A stretch of DNA of 64,000 nt from Cyanidioschyzon merolae (Eukaryota). Of the stretch, positions 1 to 11,402 are shown piece after piece. The position numbers and the translations under genes were made by a program. The DNA lies in the NCBI GenBank assembly GCA_000091205.1, contig AP006494.2; one strand, 5' to 3'. How positions within the stretch are numbered: the first letter of the stretch is position 1; the number at the start of each line of letters is the position of its first letter. The notes below the pieces were generated by a model. The model had not been told where the DNA came from. It did no database searches and was given only the letters and a program-made list of their open reading frames with translations.

Positions 1-1
1 T

Positions 2-3000
2 GACTCGCAATATATTCAGAAACGCGAGGAACGCCGACGGGATGCGCCGAGTTCTGTAGCCGGTGGTCTGCGCAAAGGACTCGTCTCTTTCGGCTATGAA
101 ATGCGAACCGCGGTAACCGGGCTGGTACGCGAGCCGTACCGTGGCGCACAGGCGGGCTCGGTTTCGCGAGGCATTCGCCGCGCTCTCGTGCAGGCAGTAA
201 TCCGCCCTGCGAATGGTTTCCTGGACCTCATCATGCATCCAGCAGCGAGCCTTGGTGCTCGTCCACATTACCAGCGTCTGCCGGCCGGGAGACGGGTCCG
301 GCCGCCGCGCTGCTTTGGACCTGGCCTTCGACTTGTGCCCTACTGCTTCGAGGATGCACAAGGCAACGATCTATTGTGGCGTCTGTTGGTGCGCAAAGCG
401 ACCTCATCGGCGAGCGACCCGTACCCGAACCTCGAGTTCTACGTGGGTATGGTCCGCGTAAGCGCGTCAGCGATCTACGAAGCAGCACCTCCGCAGAGCT
501 CGACTGCAGCAGCCACTCGCGCCTTTGCACTGGAGCGGCTCCCATTGGGGCCGCGTTACGGTGTGGTGCTCGTATCCACCGAGTCCATTTACGGTCTCGT
601 GGTTCATTCCGAGCGTCCGAGCAAATTTCAGTCCATCTGGCAGGTTCCCTGGTCGGAAGTGGTGCAGGTTGTCGAGAGCCTGCCCGCGAGTCCCGCCGTG
701 GTCAAGGTACTTCATTCAGCAGCACCATCATACCATCGTTTTTGGCAGCGCATTCGCAATCGTTATGCGATGGAGCGGGTTCAGCGGCTCAGCGAAGAGC
801 TCGAAAAACGCCAGGAACGCGTCAAAGCTACAAAAGCTGCCGCGACGCCAGCCACTCCACGGACAGCGGCTCTGGCGCGCAGTCAGCGCAGTGCAGCGGT
901 GCAGCAACTGCGCATCGAGTGCGCGTCCATTGCTCAGCGGGATGAATTGCTTCAGATGTTGCGGCAAGTGTTCTGTACGGTTGCCCGTGGCCGACTGTTG
1001 ACGAGTCAGGCGTCAATGGCGCCACCGTCGCCCGGTTGCACGTTCCGTCTGGACGCTGCCGGAAAGCGCGAAACCGAATCGCGTCCTTCTACGGACGCTC
1101 TATCGATAGCAACCGTAGCTGATCAGCATGAACGGAGCACGCTCTACTCCAGCGGATCGGCAAAGCCTCGTGCCGCGAATACGAATGTATCCAATTTTAA
1201 GAGCGGGCTGCCGCCGGTGGCCAGTACATCGGCACCGCCACTGGTGCGCTCAGGCCGGGTAGAGTCAGAGCCAGATGCACCGGAACCGGGCTCGATTTCT
1301 GCCGGCATTGCCGACGTTATGAGCTCGGAAAACGCCCACGGACTGTCCGCGAGCAGTGGCAGGTCGGATGGTGAGAGCCTCAGTCCAGTGGTGCGCGTGT
1401 CAGCGTGCGCTACTGCTTCCGTTGCGGGGCCAGAGCGGGGCGTTGCAGCCGAATGCTCCGCACAGCCGCCAATTGAGACACCAACCTGGTACGCGCTGGA
1501 CAGCTCCCAGCCGCCGCTTCCATTAGCGGAATCGACTGGCGGGACGGGGGTCGCTTCTGGTGTTGTTGGAGTCCCCGTCGCGAACACAATGGGATGCGTG
1601 ATTGAGAACCGGTCCGACACAACCTTTGTTCTGGTTTGGCAGTATCTTGATGGAGGATTCTTCCTGCAGGAAGCGCCGCCAACGATCTATGCGCAATCAC
1701 GAGCGAAATTTGTGATCTACCGCGCGGCACAACCGCCCAAAAGACGGTCACCGTTGCGGCGGCAGCGGCAACGTCAGCTGGAGCAACATCTGCCAGCAAC
1801 GTCGTTCGAGTCCGCTGCCATTGCCACTGGAGCGTTCGCAGCGCCCGGTGCAGTGCGCGGTTCCAGCGACGTAGCGCCGGACATGCCTCGAAGCTCAGAT
1901 ACGGCGCTCGTTCCTGAGCAGCATTTGCGTGCTCGTCAGGTGCAGCGGCAGCGGCGTCGCGACCAGCTGGGCCTGCGAAAGCTCTCTGGCATTATCCTGT
2001 ACGCATTGGCAGATCCCGATGACCAGCAAGCGATCTACGATGAGCGTCGCTGGATAACGCTCGAGTTTGGCGTTTCGCGTCGTGCGGTGCCGCGCGCGCA
2101 TGTGCGCTGTCCACCGCCCATGGTCTCGACGCTGCTATTCCAGCGAGCGGCGAGTGCGCTGCAAATGCTGTGCGTGCTTGAGGCAATGGAGACGCCAACG
2201 AAAACGGATCGCTCGACAGCGTCATTGCCGACGTCAGGGGCGCTGAGCTCATCAGCTGCTGACGCCGCAGGACGTGCTTCAACGAGCTCGGAACGGAGTC
2301 TCCGTTGGCGAAAACGCAGCCCTGCGGCTCGGAGAGAGAGGCTGCAAAATGCCCGAATAGTTGCATCGGAGGCGGCGGTTCAGAGCCATCACGACGCTGC
2401 TTCAGTCTTGTCGTCGACTTCGTCTGATTCCGACGACATTGATGTGGAGAGGAGTGTCCTCGAGAGCTATGAACCCAGCACGATTATGGGGCCGCCCGAG
2501 TCGCACAGCATGGCCACTCGAGTGGCCGCGTCTGACGACCCGGTGTTGCCCGCGCCTGCAAGTCGCGAGCCCGAGGCGTCAAGGCCGCGTTCGCGCAGCC
2601 ACTCGCGCCCCGGAGAGCGCCTCCGATCATGGCTGAGACGGCGCGGCGCTGCTGGAGCCTCAGCCACTGTCCCTAGCCGGTTGGATAAGCTCGCAAATAC
2701 CCAATCGGCTCGTGAGGGGACTGCGACCGCCGGCCTTTCGCTGACGGCGTCACAGGCGTTGACCACAGCAGCATCCCCGGACTGCACGGCACTGAATTAC
2801 GAAAAGGGTGTCGGCGAGCGTGAGCCAGACCTCCAGCGACAGTGTGACCGCGCACTACAAGCGACAGCAGCTGTAGAAGAAACAGAAGCAGATGAAGCAA
2901 ACGCGCGGGCTCCGGAGGGTTGCACCATCCGCGTTGCTGCCGAGGTTCACAGTGACTCTGAGGACGGCTATTTAGACGCACCACTGGCACTCGAAGATGC

Positions 3001-3013
3001 CGACCCCATGTAA
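2..3013 (+). CDS. C-terminal part of a large VPS13/chorein-like protein (gene continues upstream of window); long Ser/Ala/Arg-rich low-complexity tail
   Basis: Reading frame is open from position 2 with no stop before the first ATG at 101. The N-terminal segment 'GLRKGLVSFGYEMRTAVTGLVREPYRGAQAGSVSRGIRRALVQAVIRPANGFLDL' matches the repeated G-x-x-KG-x-VG-x-V-x-KP-x-x-G-x-x-DL pattern of VPS13 C-terminal regions. The remainder is low complexity. Confidence 0.35.
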   Translation, partial: DSQYIQKREERRRDAPSSVAGGLRKGLVSFGYEMRTAVTGLVREPYRGAQAGSVSRGIRRALVQAVIRPANGFLDLIMHPAASLGARPHYQRLPAGRRVRPPRCFGPGLRLVPYCFEDAQGNDLLWRLLVRKATSSASDPYPNLEFYVGMVRVSASAIYEAAPPQSSTAAATRAFALERLPLGPRYGVVLVSTESIYGLVVHSERPSKFQSIWQVPWSEVVQVVESLPASPAVVKVLHSAAPSYHRFWQRIRNRYAMERVQRLSEELEKRQERVKATKAAATPATPRTAALARSQRSAAVQQLRIECASIAQRDELLQMLRQVFCTVARGRLLTSQASMAPPSPGCTFRLDAAGKRETESRPSTDALSIATVADQHERSTLYSSGSAKPRAANTNVSNFKSGLPPVASTSAPPLVRSGRVESEPDAPEPGSISAGIADVMSSENAHGLSASSGRSDGESLSPVVRVSACATASVAGPERGVAAECSAQPPIETPTWYALDSSQPPLPLAESTGGTGVASGVVGVPVANTMGCVIENRSDTTFVLVWQYLDGGFFLQEAPPTIYAQSRAKFVIYRAAQPPKRRSPLRRQRQRQLEQHLPATSFESAAIATGAFAAPGAVRGSSDVAPDMPRSSDTALVPEQHLRARQVQRQRRRDQLGLRKLSGIILYALADPDDQQAIYDERRWITLEFGVSRRAVPRAHVRCPPPMVSTLLFQRAASALQMLCVLEAMETPTKTDRSTASLPTSGALSSSAADAAGRASTSSERSLRWRKRSPAARRERLQNARIVASEAAVQSHHDAASVLSSTSSDSDDIDVERSVLESYEPSTIMGPPESHSMATRVAASDDPVLPAPASREPEASRPRSRSHSRPGERLRSWLRRRGAAGASATVPSRLDKLANTQSAREGTATAGLSLTASQALTTAASPDCTALNYEKGVGEREPDLQRQCDRALQATAAVEETEADEANARAPEGCTIRVAAEVHSDSEDGYLDAPLALEDADPM

Positions 3014-3142
3014 GGAATCCTGTATATGTTCGATAAACGCATCACTGGTGTGAATTTTTTTCATTGGCGATTGCGAATGACATGAAAAACAGGAAAGCTG
3101 TTTACCAAGTAACAAGCTCGGACGCTGATATTATTGCGTAGA

Positions 3143-3350
3143 GACACGCATGCAATGATGCTGTGCTGTCCCGAATGCATGCAGCTACACGCATGCAATG
3201 ATGCTGTGCTGTCCCGAATGCATGCAGCTACACGCATGTGATGATGCTGTGCTGTCCCGAATGCATGCAGCAACACGCATGTGATGATGCTGTGCTGTCC
3301 CGAATGCATGCAGCAACACGCATGCAATGATGCTGTGCTGTCTCTCGATC
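3143..3350. repeat. 43-bp minisatellite, about 4.7 tandem copies (unit acacgcatgcaatgatgctgtgctgtcccgaatgcatgcagct), rich in GCATGC palindromes
   Basis: Direct tandem repetition is visible in the sequence, with minor variants (caatga/tgatga, cagcta/cagcaa) between units. It lies in the intergenic space between two convergent genes. Confidence 0.9.
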
Positions 3351-3823
3351 CATTGTTGCCTTAAACTGAACGTGCACGTGCAGACGAAATGACGCTGAAG
3401 TGGCGGGGCTCGGCACGGGATGTTCGCTACCGCTGCCGTTGCCACTGTTGCTGGGCTTGGAGCCTCTCCCCGGAGGCATGCCGAATAGCATCGCTGACAT
3501 GAACAGCGCCGTCCTTCGATTTCGGGTCGTGCATCGTGATGTCGATGGGTCCCACTTCATTGTTCTCGATGCCACACTCGATCACATGGCGGACGCCCAC
3601 CGCACCAAAAGCCGGTATAAAATCATCTTCTGGAATCATCAGCTCATGAATTGAGTGCGGCAGACAAGAGCATCGATCCGCAGCGTCGAAGACATCGAAC
3701 GGCTATGCAGACCCAATCGTCGACGGCCTCGTTGCCCGCCTTGTAGTCGCCAGCGCATGCTTTCCGCGAATCATGCAGCAACGATGCTCGGCAACCATCA
3801 TGACAACAGCAGAGCAAGCAAGC

Positions 3824-4900
3824 TCACACAAAATCGCCTCCAGAGTCCACTCGAGCGCAATTCGCATGCATACCGAAACTTTTGTGAATACGCACCATAT
3901 CCGCTGCGCGGTTCAATTTGTGAAACGAGATCATAGAGTCGCGCTGTTGTGGTGGAGCTGTCTCCGGCGGGCCGTACCAAAAACCCGCCACATTCAGTAT
4001 TTCCGCGTCAGGGCAAGCCCGCACACACGCAGCCAAGTCCTTGTCCTCACCATTATACAGACGACATGACTGGAATCGGGATACGAGCGTGGCTACGAGC
4101 GCCCGGCTGAGCACGTAACCAGCACCGCCCATGGCATACTCAAGGATGCTCGGTGCAGCGCGGCGATCTTGCGAGGCATTCGCCGCTTCAGCGTGGACAG
4201 GATCGAGCGCTCCCCAGAACGTTCGTACACTTCCCAAATAGAGCGGCCGCGCTGGATCCAAGTGCTGAAGCAGTGGAAAGATCCGATGAGGCCGCAAGTA
4301 CGCATCATCGTCGATTTTCAAGAAGAACTGTATAGTCGACGGCAGTTCCTTCCAGGCATAGCCGAGCACCTGTCGCGTGCGATTCGACTCGGGTCGAAAG
4401 ACACCCTCACGTGGTCGACCCCGTTCGAATCCAAGCCGAAGACAGCTGGGTTTCGGCACCGAAAACCATTGGTAGTCCACACTGGCTGGGAGCGGCGTCG
4501 CCCATGCTGGCCACGGTGCGTCGCTAGCGATGAGAACGTTCGCTCCAAAGCGAAGCGCGTCCGCCGCCCACGTGCGAAGTTGACTTTCAACGAGCGCGAC
4601 GTGGCGCTTAGGATCATCGCAATAGTGACGATTGTCTGAAGTACAGGTCACGATGCAGATTGCCAAGTTTGCAAAAGCGTAAGGCTCCAGTAAGACCGAC
4701 GGCCTGTGATGACAAAGCGCGTCCCAGTGCTCGGCTTTGGGCCAGGGCCAAAGTAACCTACCGCACAGACCAGCACATGCGACAGCCAGAAGCAGCAGCA
4801 GACCACGAAAGCGTCGCGTACGTGAGCTATGCTTGCCTAGACGCGGCTTTTGAGGCATCCGAGCGCCACGCTGAGGCGAAGCGGTGCAGACGCGAAGCAC
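3824..4900 (-). CDS. Fringe-like / GT31-family beta-1,3-glycosyltransferase (DUF604-type), type II membrane protein
   Basis: 358-aa ORF with an N-terminal signal anchor (LLLLLAVACAGL). Motifs 'KIDDDAYL', 'GGAGYVLSRAL' and 'EDKDLAACV' are characteristic of Fringe/galactosyltransferase-31-like enzymes. Confidence 0.7.
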   Translation of the reverse strand: MLRVCTASPQRGARMPQKPRLGKHSSRTRRFRGLLLLLAVACAGLCGRLLWPWPKAEHWDALCHHRPSVLLEPYAFANLAICIVTCTSDNRHYCDDPKRHVALVESQLRTWAADALRFGANVLIASDAPWPAWATPLPASVDYQWFSVPKPSCLRLGFERGRPREGVFRPESNRTRQVLGYAWKELPSTIQFFLKIDDDAYLRPHRIFPLLQHLDPARPLYLGSVRTFWGALDPVHAEAANASQDRRAAPSILEYAMGGAGYVLSRALVATLVSRFQSCRLYNGEDKDLAACVRACPDAEILNVAGFWYGPPETAPPQQRDSMISFHKLNRAADMVRIHKSFGMHANCARVDSGGDFV

Positions 4901-5559
4901 GACCCTGCCCCTAGGCGCACCGTGGAGCGGATCGCGGGGCGCCGCCGCTACGATGCGCCAGTTTCGCGTGCACCTGTTCTGCGCTCCTCATTAAGAGGTT
5001 TCGAAACATCCAGCGGATTGTCTGTGTTTCCAGGTCCACGAGAAGCCACCTGTGATAGACAACGCTGCCCGGTAGACGAGCAAACGACGGCATCCGTGAG
5101 GATGATAGCGCAACGTATCTACTCCGTCTGGATACTGCAACCTTACTCGGCTGAAGAATTCACTCGCGGTGCCATGCAACTATCGTCGCCTGGAGCAGAG
5201 CAGCTATCTGAAAAATCGTCCTCGCTTTCAGATCCTGATACCCAGCATCGACTGACCAGTGCTACTCGTTTAGCAGCATCGAATATCAATGAGTTGACCT
5301 CGGGGGTGTCGAGCTCACGGCGGGTATCCATCGCAGCGCCAGGCATGCCACCGCATGCCCCATCTGCTGGCAGGACATCTTTCCGCTGTTTTGAGACAGT
5401 TCCCCAGTGTTTTCAGGCCCAGACGGAAAAACTGGTGCGTAACAGAGACGCCTGTGGTGGCTATTATCGTCGCTTTTGCTCTTGGTGCGGTGATCAAAGA
5501 CCTGCTTTTGCACCATCGAGCGCAAGCAGTCTTCGAGAATCCCAGAGTATGGCGCGCGG

Positions 5560-5775
5560 GGCACATGTATTGCTTTGTTTTGGTGCTCCCGAACCATCAG
5601 AGTATCGTGGTATGAGTGACTTGAGTGTCGAACGCAGTGCTCCTTGCACTGTTCAGTAAAGCATATATATCCTACAGGCAGTTCGTCTTCGATCTAGATG
5701 GTATATTGCATCGTGATGGCGATCTCCTGCTATACACTGCAAAGAAGCATTCAATTCCACAAAGCAGAGAGTGAA
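5560..5775. repeat. About 200-bp dispersed repeat module, copy 1 of 3 (other copies at about 35535-35770 and 43076-43300)
   Basis: About 70% similarity over about 200 bp to the 3-prime ends of segmental duplication A, e.g. '...gtggtatgagtgacttgagtgtcgaacgcagtgctccttgcactgttcagtaaag...' versus '...gtggtatgactgatctgaacgatgaatgcagtcctccttgcactgttcagtaaag...'. Confidence 0.6.
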
Positions 5776-6204
5776 ACGAAATGGAGTTGAAAGGCTTCAA
5801 TCTGAGGCTGTTGCGAGAACGATTTCGTCCAGAAGCCCGCAGATGTGCGGTCGCGAGCGCGTCTGATCATCGTGTGATTTTCGCGGGCTCGGTTCACGAG
5901 GGCTTCGCAGCGTCCAACCCATACGTAATCGGTTTCGCTTGTCATCTTATTTTATACTTGCATTCAGAAAGGTACGAAACCATGTTTGTAGCACTCTCTG
6001 CGAGTATTTTTTCTGCTCGAACAAGAGAAAATTGTCGTTCGTTTGCTACGCATCAATATCGCTACCGTCTTCGCCGTTTCTCTACCAGCCATTCGTCACT
6101 TGGAGTCGTCTGTGCGCGACTGGCGACTGACTGGGAGCGTGCGTTGCCACCGCGTCGTCTTGTTGGCGACTGGGAGCTTAAGCGGGAGCTGGGGCGCCCA
6201 GATA

Positions 6205-6935
6205 TGGACTTACGTGTACTGGTCGGTCTGCGTCAAGAGTCGCGAAACGAATCGATTTTCGGTGTGCTCATTGGCGTCGTTACTCTCGCTGCATTTGCCC
6301 CGGCTCTGGCACAAGCCAGTTCCGTGCAGGGCGCCCAACAGCTCCAGAACGTCGCCGCTGTGGTTTCTCTAGGCGGTATGGGTGCCTGGGCATTCGACAC
6401 GCTCGCGCTCCAAGGGCGAGTTGCCGCCTGGCTGCAGAAGCGCTGGCTCACTGACCCAAAACGAATCGCCGTGCACGAGGCTGGACACGTGCTATTGTCA
6501 CACGTTCTCGGATACGAGTTAGAAAACTATTCACTGGGGCAAGACCGCACGAATCTGCTGGCTGGAAAGACGGGTGTTGTACTTACCGAAGGCCTACGAG
6601 CGCCGACGTCAGGCCCGGTGTCAGCGAGTGAGTCGTTTGCGCTTCTGTCAGTAGCAGGCATTGCTGCTGAGGCAATTTTCTTCGGGGATGCCGAGGGTGG
6701 CATGGAAGATCTGGCCACCTTGTCTCGATATTTTCGTCGTACAGAGCCCTTTTTGAACGCAGATACGCAAGCGTCTGTGCGATGGGCCATGTTGGCCGCA
6801 CTTCGTATCTGTAACATGCATCGCGCGGAGTTAGAGCAGATCGCCGAGGCGCTACTCCTGGGCAAATCAGTGAAGGAATGTGCAGAAATAATTTTTAGGG
6901 AATGCCCGAAGCCACTCGCGGAGCTTGCGCAGTAG
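6205..6935 (+). CDS. Stand-alone M41 (FtsH-type) zinc metallopeptidase domain protein without AAA module; N-terminal transmembrane helix
   Basis: HEXXH zinc motif in the context 'KRIAVHEAGHVLLSHVLGYE', resembling the FtsH C-terminal protease domain. A hydrophobic segment 'IFGVLIGVVTLAAFAPALA' is present. The ORF track starts at 5781, but an AT-rich promoter-like stretch at 5940-6060 suggests the true start is the ATG at 6205. Confidence 0.5.
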
Positions 6936-8344
6936 TGCCGCAAGTAGCAGCAACAAAATCCTGCAGTAAATCCCTGTCGAATTTCTCGTTGACGATGATA
7001 GCATTCGTATCAAACCCGCGCTCCAAGGCTGGAACGCGCGCTTGCAGATCCCTCTCCGGAATACGACAGTGCAAAACAGTGAAACTGAATATTTTGACGG
7101 ATGCAGTTGAAGCGACATCTTTCACAATCCCCAAGTCCTTGTCCGGATGCTGCTGGGTGTTCGAGCTTAACGGCACGCGCTGAATGCCACCTGAAACCTC
7201 AGTGGAATCGAGCTCCGAGGAATACCGGCATTTTACTCAAGTTTATATACGAGGCCCTATATAGAGCGCATCATCGCAGAGTTCTCTCTATGTCGCGCGG
7301 TCCCCTGGGCGGCAAAACCAGATACAGCTGAGTGCATTGCTGGGTACCTTCGCCGTGGAAAGCGCTTGCATCACGCATGAACCTGCGAGCCGTAACACCA
7401 GGCCCCCAATGACAAGCGCCGCTCCGCAGTCGCACTTGTTGGCATAGAAGCGCATCAGTGGATACTAAACTGTATTCTCGCACCGCCAAAAGAACACGGC
7501 TAGGAGGAAAACTGGGGAAGATTTTTCACAAATGCGTTTGCATGACCGCGAGGCTGATTTGAACGACACGACTGGCGCTCGGAGGCGTGCTCGAAGCACA
7601 GCGCACCTACGCAGTCGCTATCGCAACGTCTTGAAGGCGAGATCCGTACAGTGGGCCAGACATCAGCAGCAAAACGCACTGGTTGTTCAGCTGCGACAAC
7701 AGCGATGTAGCCGCTCCGTGTGCACAGTATTCCGGTGCCAATAGAACCCAGTCGTGTTGTGCATAAGCACTTTGCAATCAAAGTCCTGCTGTTCACGGAA
7801 ATCACCGACCAAAAGCGCTGCCAGCGGAGCGATATCGCATTCGCAGCGGAACTTACGCCACAAAGTCACTTGATTCGCCTCGCTTTTTGATGCTCGCGTG
7901 AAAGCCGATGACAGAGGCGTCCCGAGGCACATTCCATCAACTATTTGAACCGAGTCACGCCTCTGAGCAAAACCGCATACCTCCAACAGCATCACAGTGC
8001 ACGATGATGCATGATCCTCACGATGAGGTTTTCAAGAGCCCGCCAGGAATGCTCTCGGAAAAACGAACGCACACCACATCGCAGCAGCGATACGCAGCGA
8101 GTAACCGATCCAGCCTATGATTCACAGGTCTCAGTCGAGGGTCGCTATCACCTTGGGCGATTCATGTACGCGGCGTTTCCACCGAAACAGCCCCTGACTG
8201 AAGAGGCTCTCAGCAGCCCATATGTTTCAAAACAGCAAGTGCCTGTGTAGCTGAAAACCGCATTGACGAGTACATCCGTGGCATCGCCGCCCACGCGTCG
8301 AAGAAAAAGAGCTGGGGATCGATACACGTGAAACCTCACAGCAG

Positions 8345-9424
8345 TCACATCACGATGCGAGGTTCCAAAATATGTTCCGTAACGGATTTGTGAGGAAGGA
8401 TAACACCTCCGTTCACACAAACCTCATCCTTCACAGCGACGTCTTCCCCCAGGACACTCGTGTTCTCTATCCTGACCCAGGAACCAATCGTTGATCCCCA
8501 ACCAATAATAGAATTCGCTATCCAGGTGTGTGACTTGACCCGCGAACCCGGTAAGAGAGTGCTCGACTTGATGCGAACGCCCTCCTCGATGATGCAGCCA
8601 GCGCCGATCACTACATCCGGTCCGATACGACAATCCTTTCCTATTTGCGCTGTGGTATCTACCAGCACATTTCCGATGAACATGGGGCCCGCGGCAAGCT
8701 CCGGTGAGCCTCGCAAACGAAGTGACTGCAGATGCAACGACATGCCTCGGAGATAGTCTTTCGGCTGACCGATATCGGCCCAGTAGCCGGATAGCTCGTG
8801 CGCGTACAGAGCGCCATCCGCTGCCAAAGCCGGAAATACCTCCCGTTCAATGCTCATTGGCCGCAGCTCTATATATTCGAGAACAGATGGCGATAGGAGG
8901 TAAACGCCGGCATTTGCCATATTGCCGACCCATTCCGTCGGTTTTTCCCGAAACGCTTTAACCTGCATCGTTTCTGCGTCGTACAGTACGATGCCGAACT
9001 TACTGGGCTCGTCTACTTTGGTCAACAAAATAGTGGCTTTTCCACCGTGTCTTTGATGTGCAGCAATCATCGCGGCAAGCGGGTAGTCACACGTTACGTC
9101 AGAGTTGAACACAAAGAACGGCTCGCTATCGCCGAGCAGCGGTTGTGCGAGCTTGAGTGGACCAGCGGTGCCCATAGGCTCCGTTTCCCGCGATACAGTT
9201 ATTTTTATGCCAAGCTTCTTTTGTTCTCTTTGTAGAAAATCGTCCATCACGTGTGGCTGGTAGCTCACTGCGAGTATAACTTCCGTTACGGAGACCTTGG
9301 CAAGTGCCTCAATTTGGTGCATCACCATCGCTTTATTACAGAACTCTACGAGCGGCTTGGGATGCGAAAGCGTTAGCGGGCGCAGCCTTGTGCCATAACC
9401 CCCTACCAGTATGAGTGCTTTCAT
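8345..9424 (-). CDS. Mannose-1-phosphate guanylyltransferase (GDP-mannose pyrophosphorylase)
   Basis: 359-aa ORF. The N-terminal nucleotidyltransferase signature 'MKALILVGGYGTRLRPLTLSHPKPLVEF' and a C-terminal left-handed beta-helix hexapeptide region match the GMPP/PSA1/VTC1 family over its full length. Confidence 0.9.
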   Translation of the reverse strand: MKALILVGGYGTRLRPLTLSHPKPLVEFCNKAMVMHQIEALAKVSVTEVILAVSYQPHVMDDFLQREQKKLGIKITVSRETEPMGTAGPLKLAQPLLGDSEPFFVFNSDVTCDYPLAAMIAAHQRHGGKATILLTKVDEPSKFGIVLYDAETMQVKAFREKPTEWVGNMANAGVYLLSPSVLEYIELRPMSIEREVFPALAADGALYAHELSGYWADIGQPKDYLRGMSLHLQSLRLRGSPELAAGPMFIGNVLVDTTAQIGKDCRIGPDVVIGAGCIIEEGVRIKSSTLLPGSRVKSHTWIANSIIGWGSTIGSWVRIENTSVLGEDVAVKDEVCVNGGVILPHKSVTEHILEPRIVM

Positions 9425-10960
9425 ATGGGTCGCCAGAAACTTTGAAAAACTTCCTGTCTGGCGTGGCTGGCTTCCAAAGCCTCAAAGGCGATTTCGCAGG
9501 CGAGTCGAATGCGCACTGCGCTGCAGGGGGTCTGCGTGGATGAGGGGCTCTAGTGGCAACCCCGGAAGGTTTCCAAATCGAACCTCGTTGTCCGACGGTA
9601 AGAGTGATCAAGAACTCAAGGCATACGTAAATATCTGTGGAATAGTGGTGGTCAGCTTCGTGAATAACGACACCGCCCAGGCATCCTAGGAAAGCTGGGT
9701 AGCTTCATCCATTCGATCCTGTCATATAAAAAGCTACTGCGAAAGTCGCTTCTGCGTTACAGCGTCAGATGAGCAGCCGATTTTCTAGCTGAGCATGCAC
9801 CACATTATGCGTCGTGCATGCCGCCTCGAAGCAGCAGCTGCAGCAGCGGCAAGCTTGACGTCTACAGTCGGCTCGCGAACCGACAGGGGTGCCATGAGGC
9901 CAGGCAAACGCCGCTTCCTTGGTCTCTTCGGGGGTTTGCATCGATCACGTCGCTAGCGATACTTAGCAGCTGTATGCCGACAGGAAAACTCATTCGCGTG
10001 CATGACGACATAGCTGATACGATGATCGCTTGGCATCCAAGTTCTTCGACACATTTGCGCACAGGGAAATGGAGCTCAGCCCGAATATCTCTCCAGACCC
10101 GTCGCACTCGACGCTGTCGCATCAGCAGCTGTTCATTTGTACTGCTATGCGACGCCACTGTTTTGGCGACATGCCTCGCGCGAAAATGGTTCGTACCTCA
10201 AAAGCTCGACGGATCGCGAAACGTTCACTGGAACAGCCCAGATGTCTGTTTATGTCGCAAAATATTGAAGACCCTGTTTCCGTTAGAAACCATGGCATAT
10301 TCCTCACCATTAGTAGACACGAATCATGCTCTGCACTTCCATGCCAATCATCGCCGATATGCACCCAAACAAGTCTTCACGGTCAGCGACTTGCTCGATT
10401 TCTTTGGCTGGTATCGGGTCCAGCCACAACTGTCCCAGACATCCGCAATATGCGCCCCAACACGCCTTCGCGATCAGCAGTGTCTTCGTTCCAGAGGAAT
10501 AGCATCGAGTGCAGCGCATCCGTCCACGAATACAGTAGCCTCTAGGCGGCAGGTGACATGCTTGATATGACACCGCAGTGACGTCATCGGGACTCTTGTT
10601 GACAACTGCAAGCATATTAGACACCAGAACAACGAACAGACACAGGCTGCACGAACTGAACGCGATCTCTGGTCCAATGTCCCGCACGCTCCGTCCTGTG
10701 CTAACTGCGGGCGACAGGCCCGAGCAGCTGGAGCACTCTCCCTCTGTAGTCGTGCGTCTACTACGCAGCGAGATGCCCTGTGCCCCAGCTTCGCTACAGC
10801 TGCTCAGTTCCGCAAGTGCAACATTCTACGTTCTCTACTTCTTGTTCACGCAAAAGAGTGGGGTACTCTGCGTCCTGGCTTAGCCCGAGTCGCTCAGTTG
10901 CTCGAGCGCTTCGTTCCACAGCGGCTGCAGGCCTACCCGCATTGCCTGCCGGAACACAGA

Positions 10961-10961
10961 C

Positions 10962-10992
<31 letters not shown>

Positions 10993-10999
10993 TCTTGGG
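10961..10999. repeat. (GAC)n microsatellite, about 12 units
   Basis: cgacgacgacgacgacgacgacgacgacgacgacga is seen directly in the sequence. Confidence 0.9.
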
Positions 11000-11402
11000 T
11001 TTAAGTGCATATTCCCCCAAAGCAATGCGAAACGTATGGTCATGGCCAGGCGGCCGTAAATGACACGATACCGTTCGAGTTGCTGGCTGAGTGAACCCTC
11101 CATTTCCTCGAAGAATCCTAGAATTAAGTTGTCAGAAATGGGAGCTTCCCGTCAACTCGCAGCTTCTATACTCTAGTTACAAGCAGCGTTCACACATTCG
11201 TCAAGAAAGGGGCGTGTCAACTACACCGTGTACTCGACGGTAAAGTACTTCAAGCAAGCGTAGGCTGCGCTCCGCCTGCCCGCCGGGCGGTCAGAACGCA
11301 GCAGCAATCTCCCGGCCGTGCTTTCGCGCCTTTACGAAAGCATTCTCGTGGAAACGCCCTCCGATATCCGTAACAGACAACGGAACCGACTGCTCACTGG
11401 CA

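Noticed and set aside
231-3000. Numerous 60-190-aa ORFs antisense to or overlapping the large genes (e.g. 376-945, 1144-1620, 19379-20050, 21183-21902, 28618-29355, 29563-30231)
   Set aside because: They lie within well-supported long coding sequences on the opposite strand or in another frame. This is the expected artefact of GC-rich codon usage.
3143-3350. Regular direct repeats that could superficially suggest a CRISPR array
   Set aside because: The units are directly tandem with no unique spacers, and the genome is eukaryotic. This is a minisatellite.
4420-4440. 'ccgttcgaatcc' resembling a tRNA T-loop (GGTTCGAATCC)
   Set aside because: No complementary T-stem, no acceptor stem or CCA context, and it lies inside the glycosyltransferase coding sequence. 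A chance match.
4850-5659. 269-aa plus-strand ORF
   Set aside because: Low-complexity, Arg/Ser-rich composition with no motif. It overlaps the 3-prime region of the convergent glycosyltransferase and the dispersed 200-bp module. Probably non-coding.
9818-10570. 250-aa plus-strand ORF and overlapping 171-aa ORF
   Set aside because: No recognisable domain, Cys/Arg/Ser-biased, with several overlapping antisense ORFs of similar length. Typical of GC-rich non-coding sequence.
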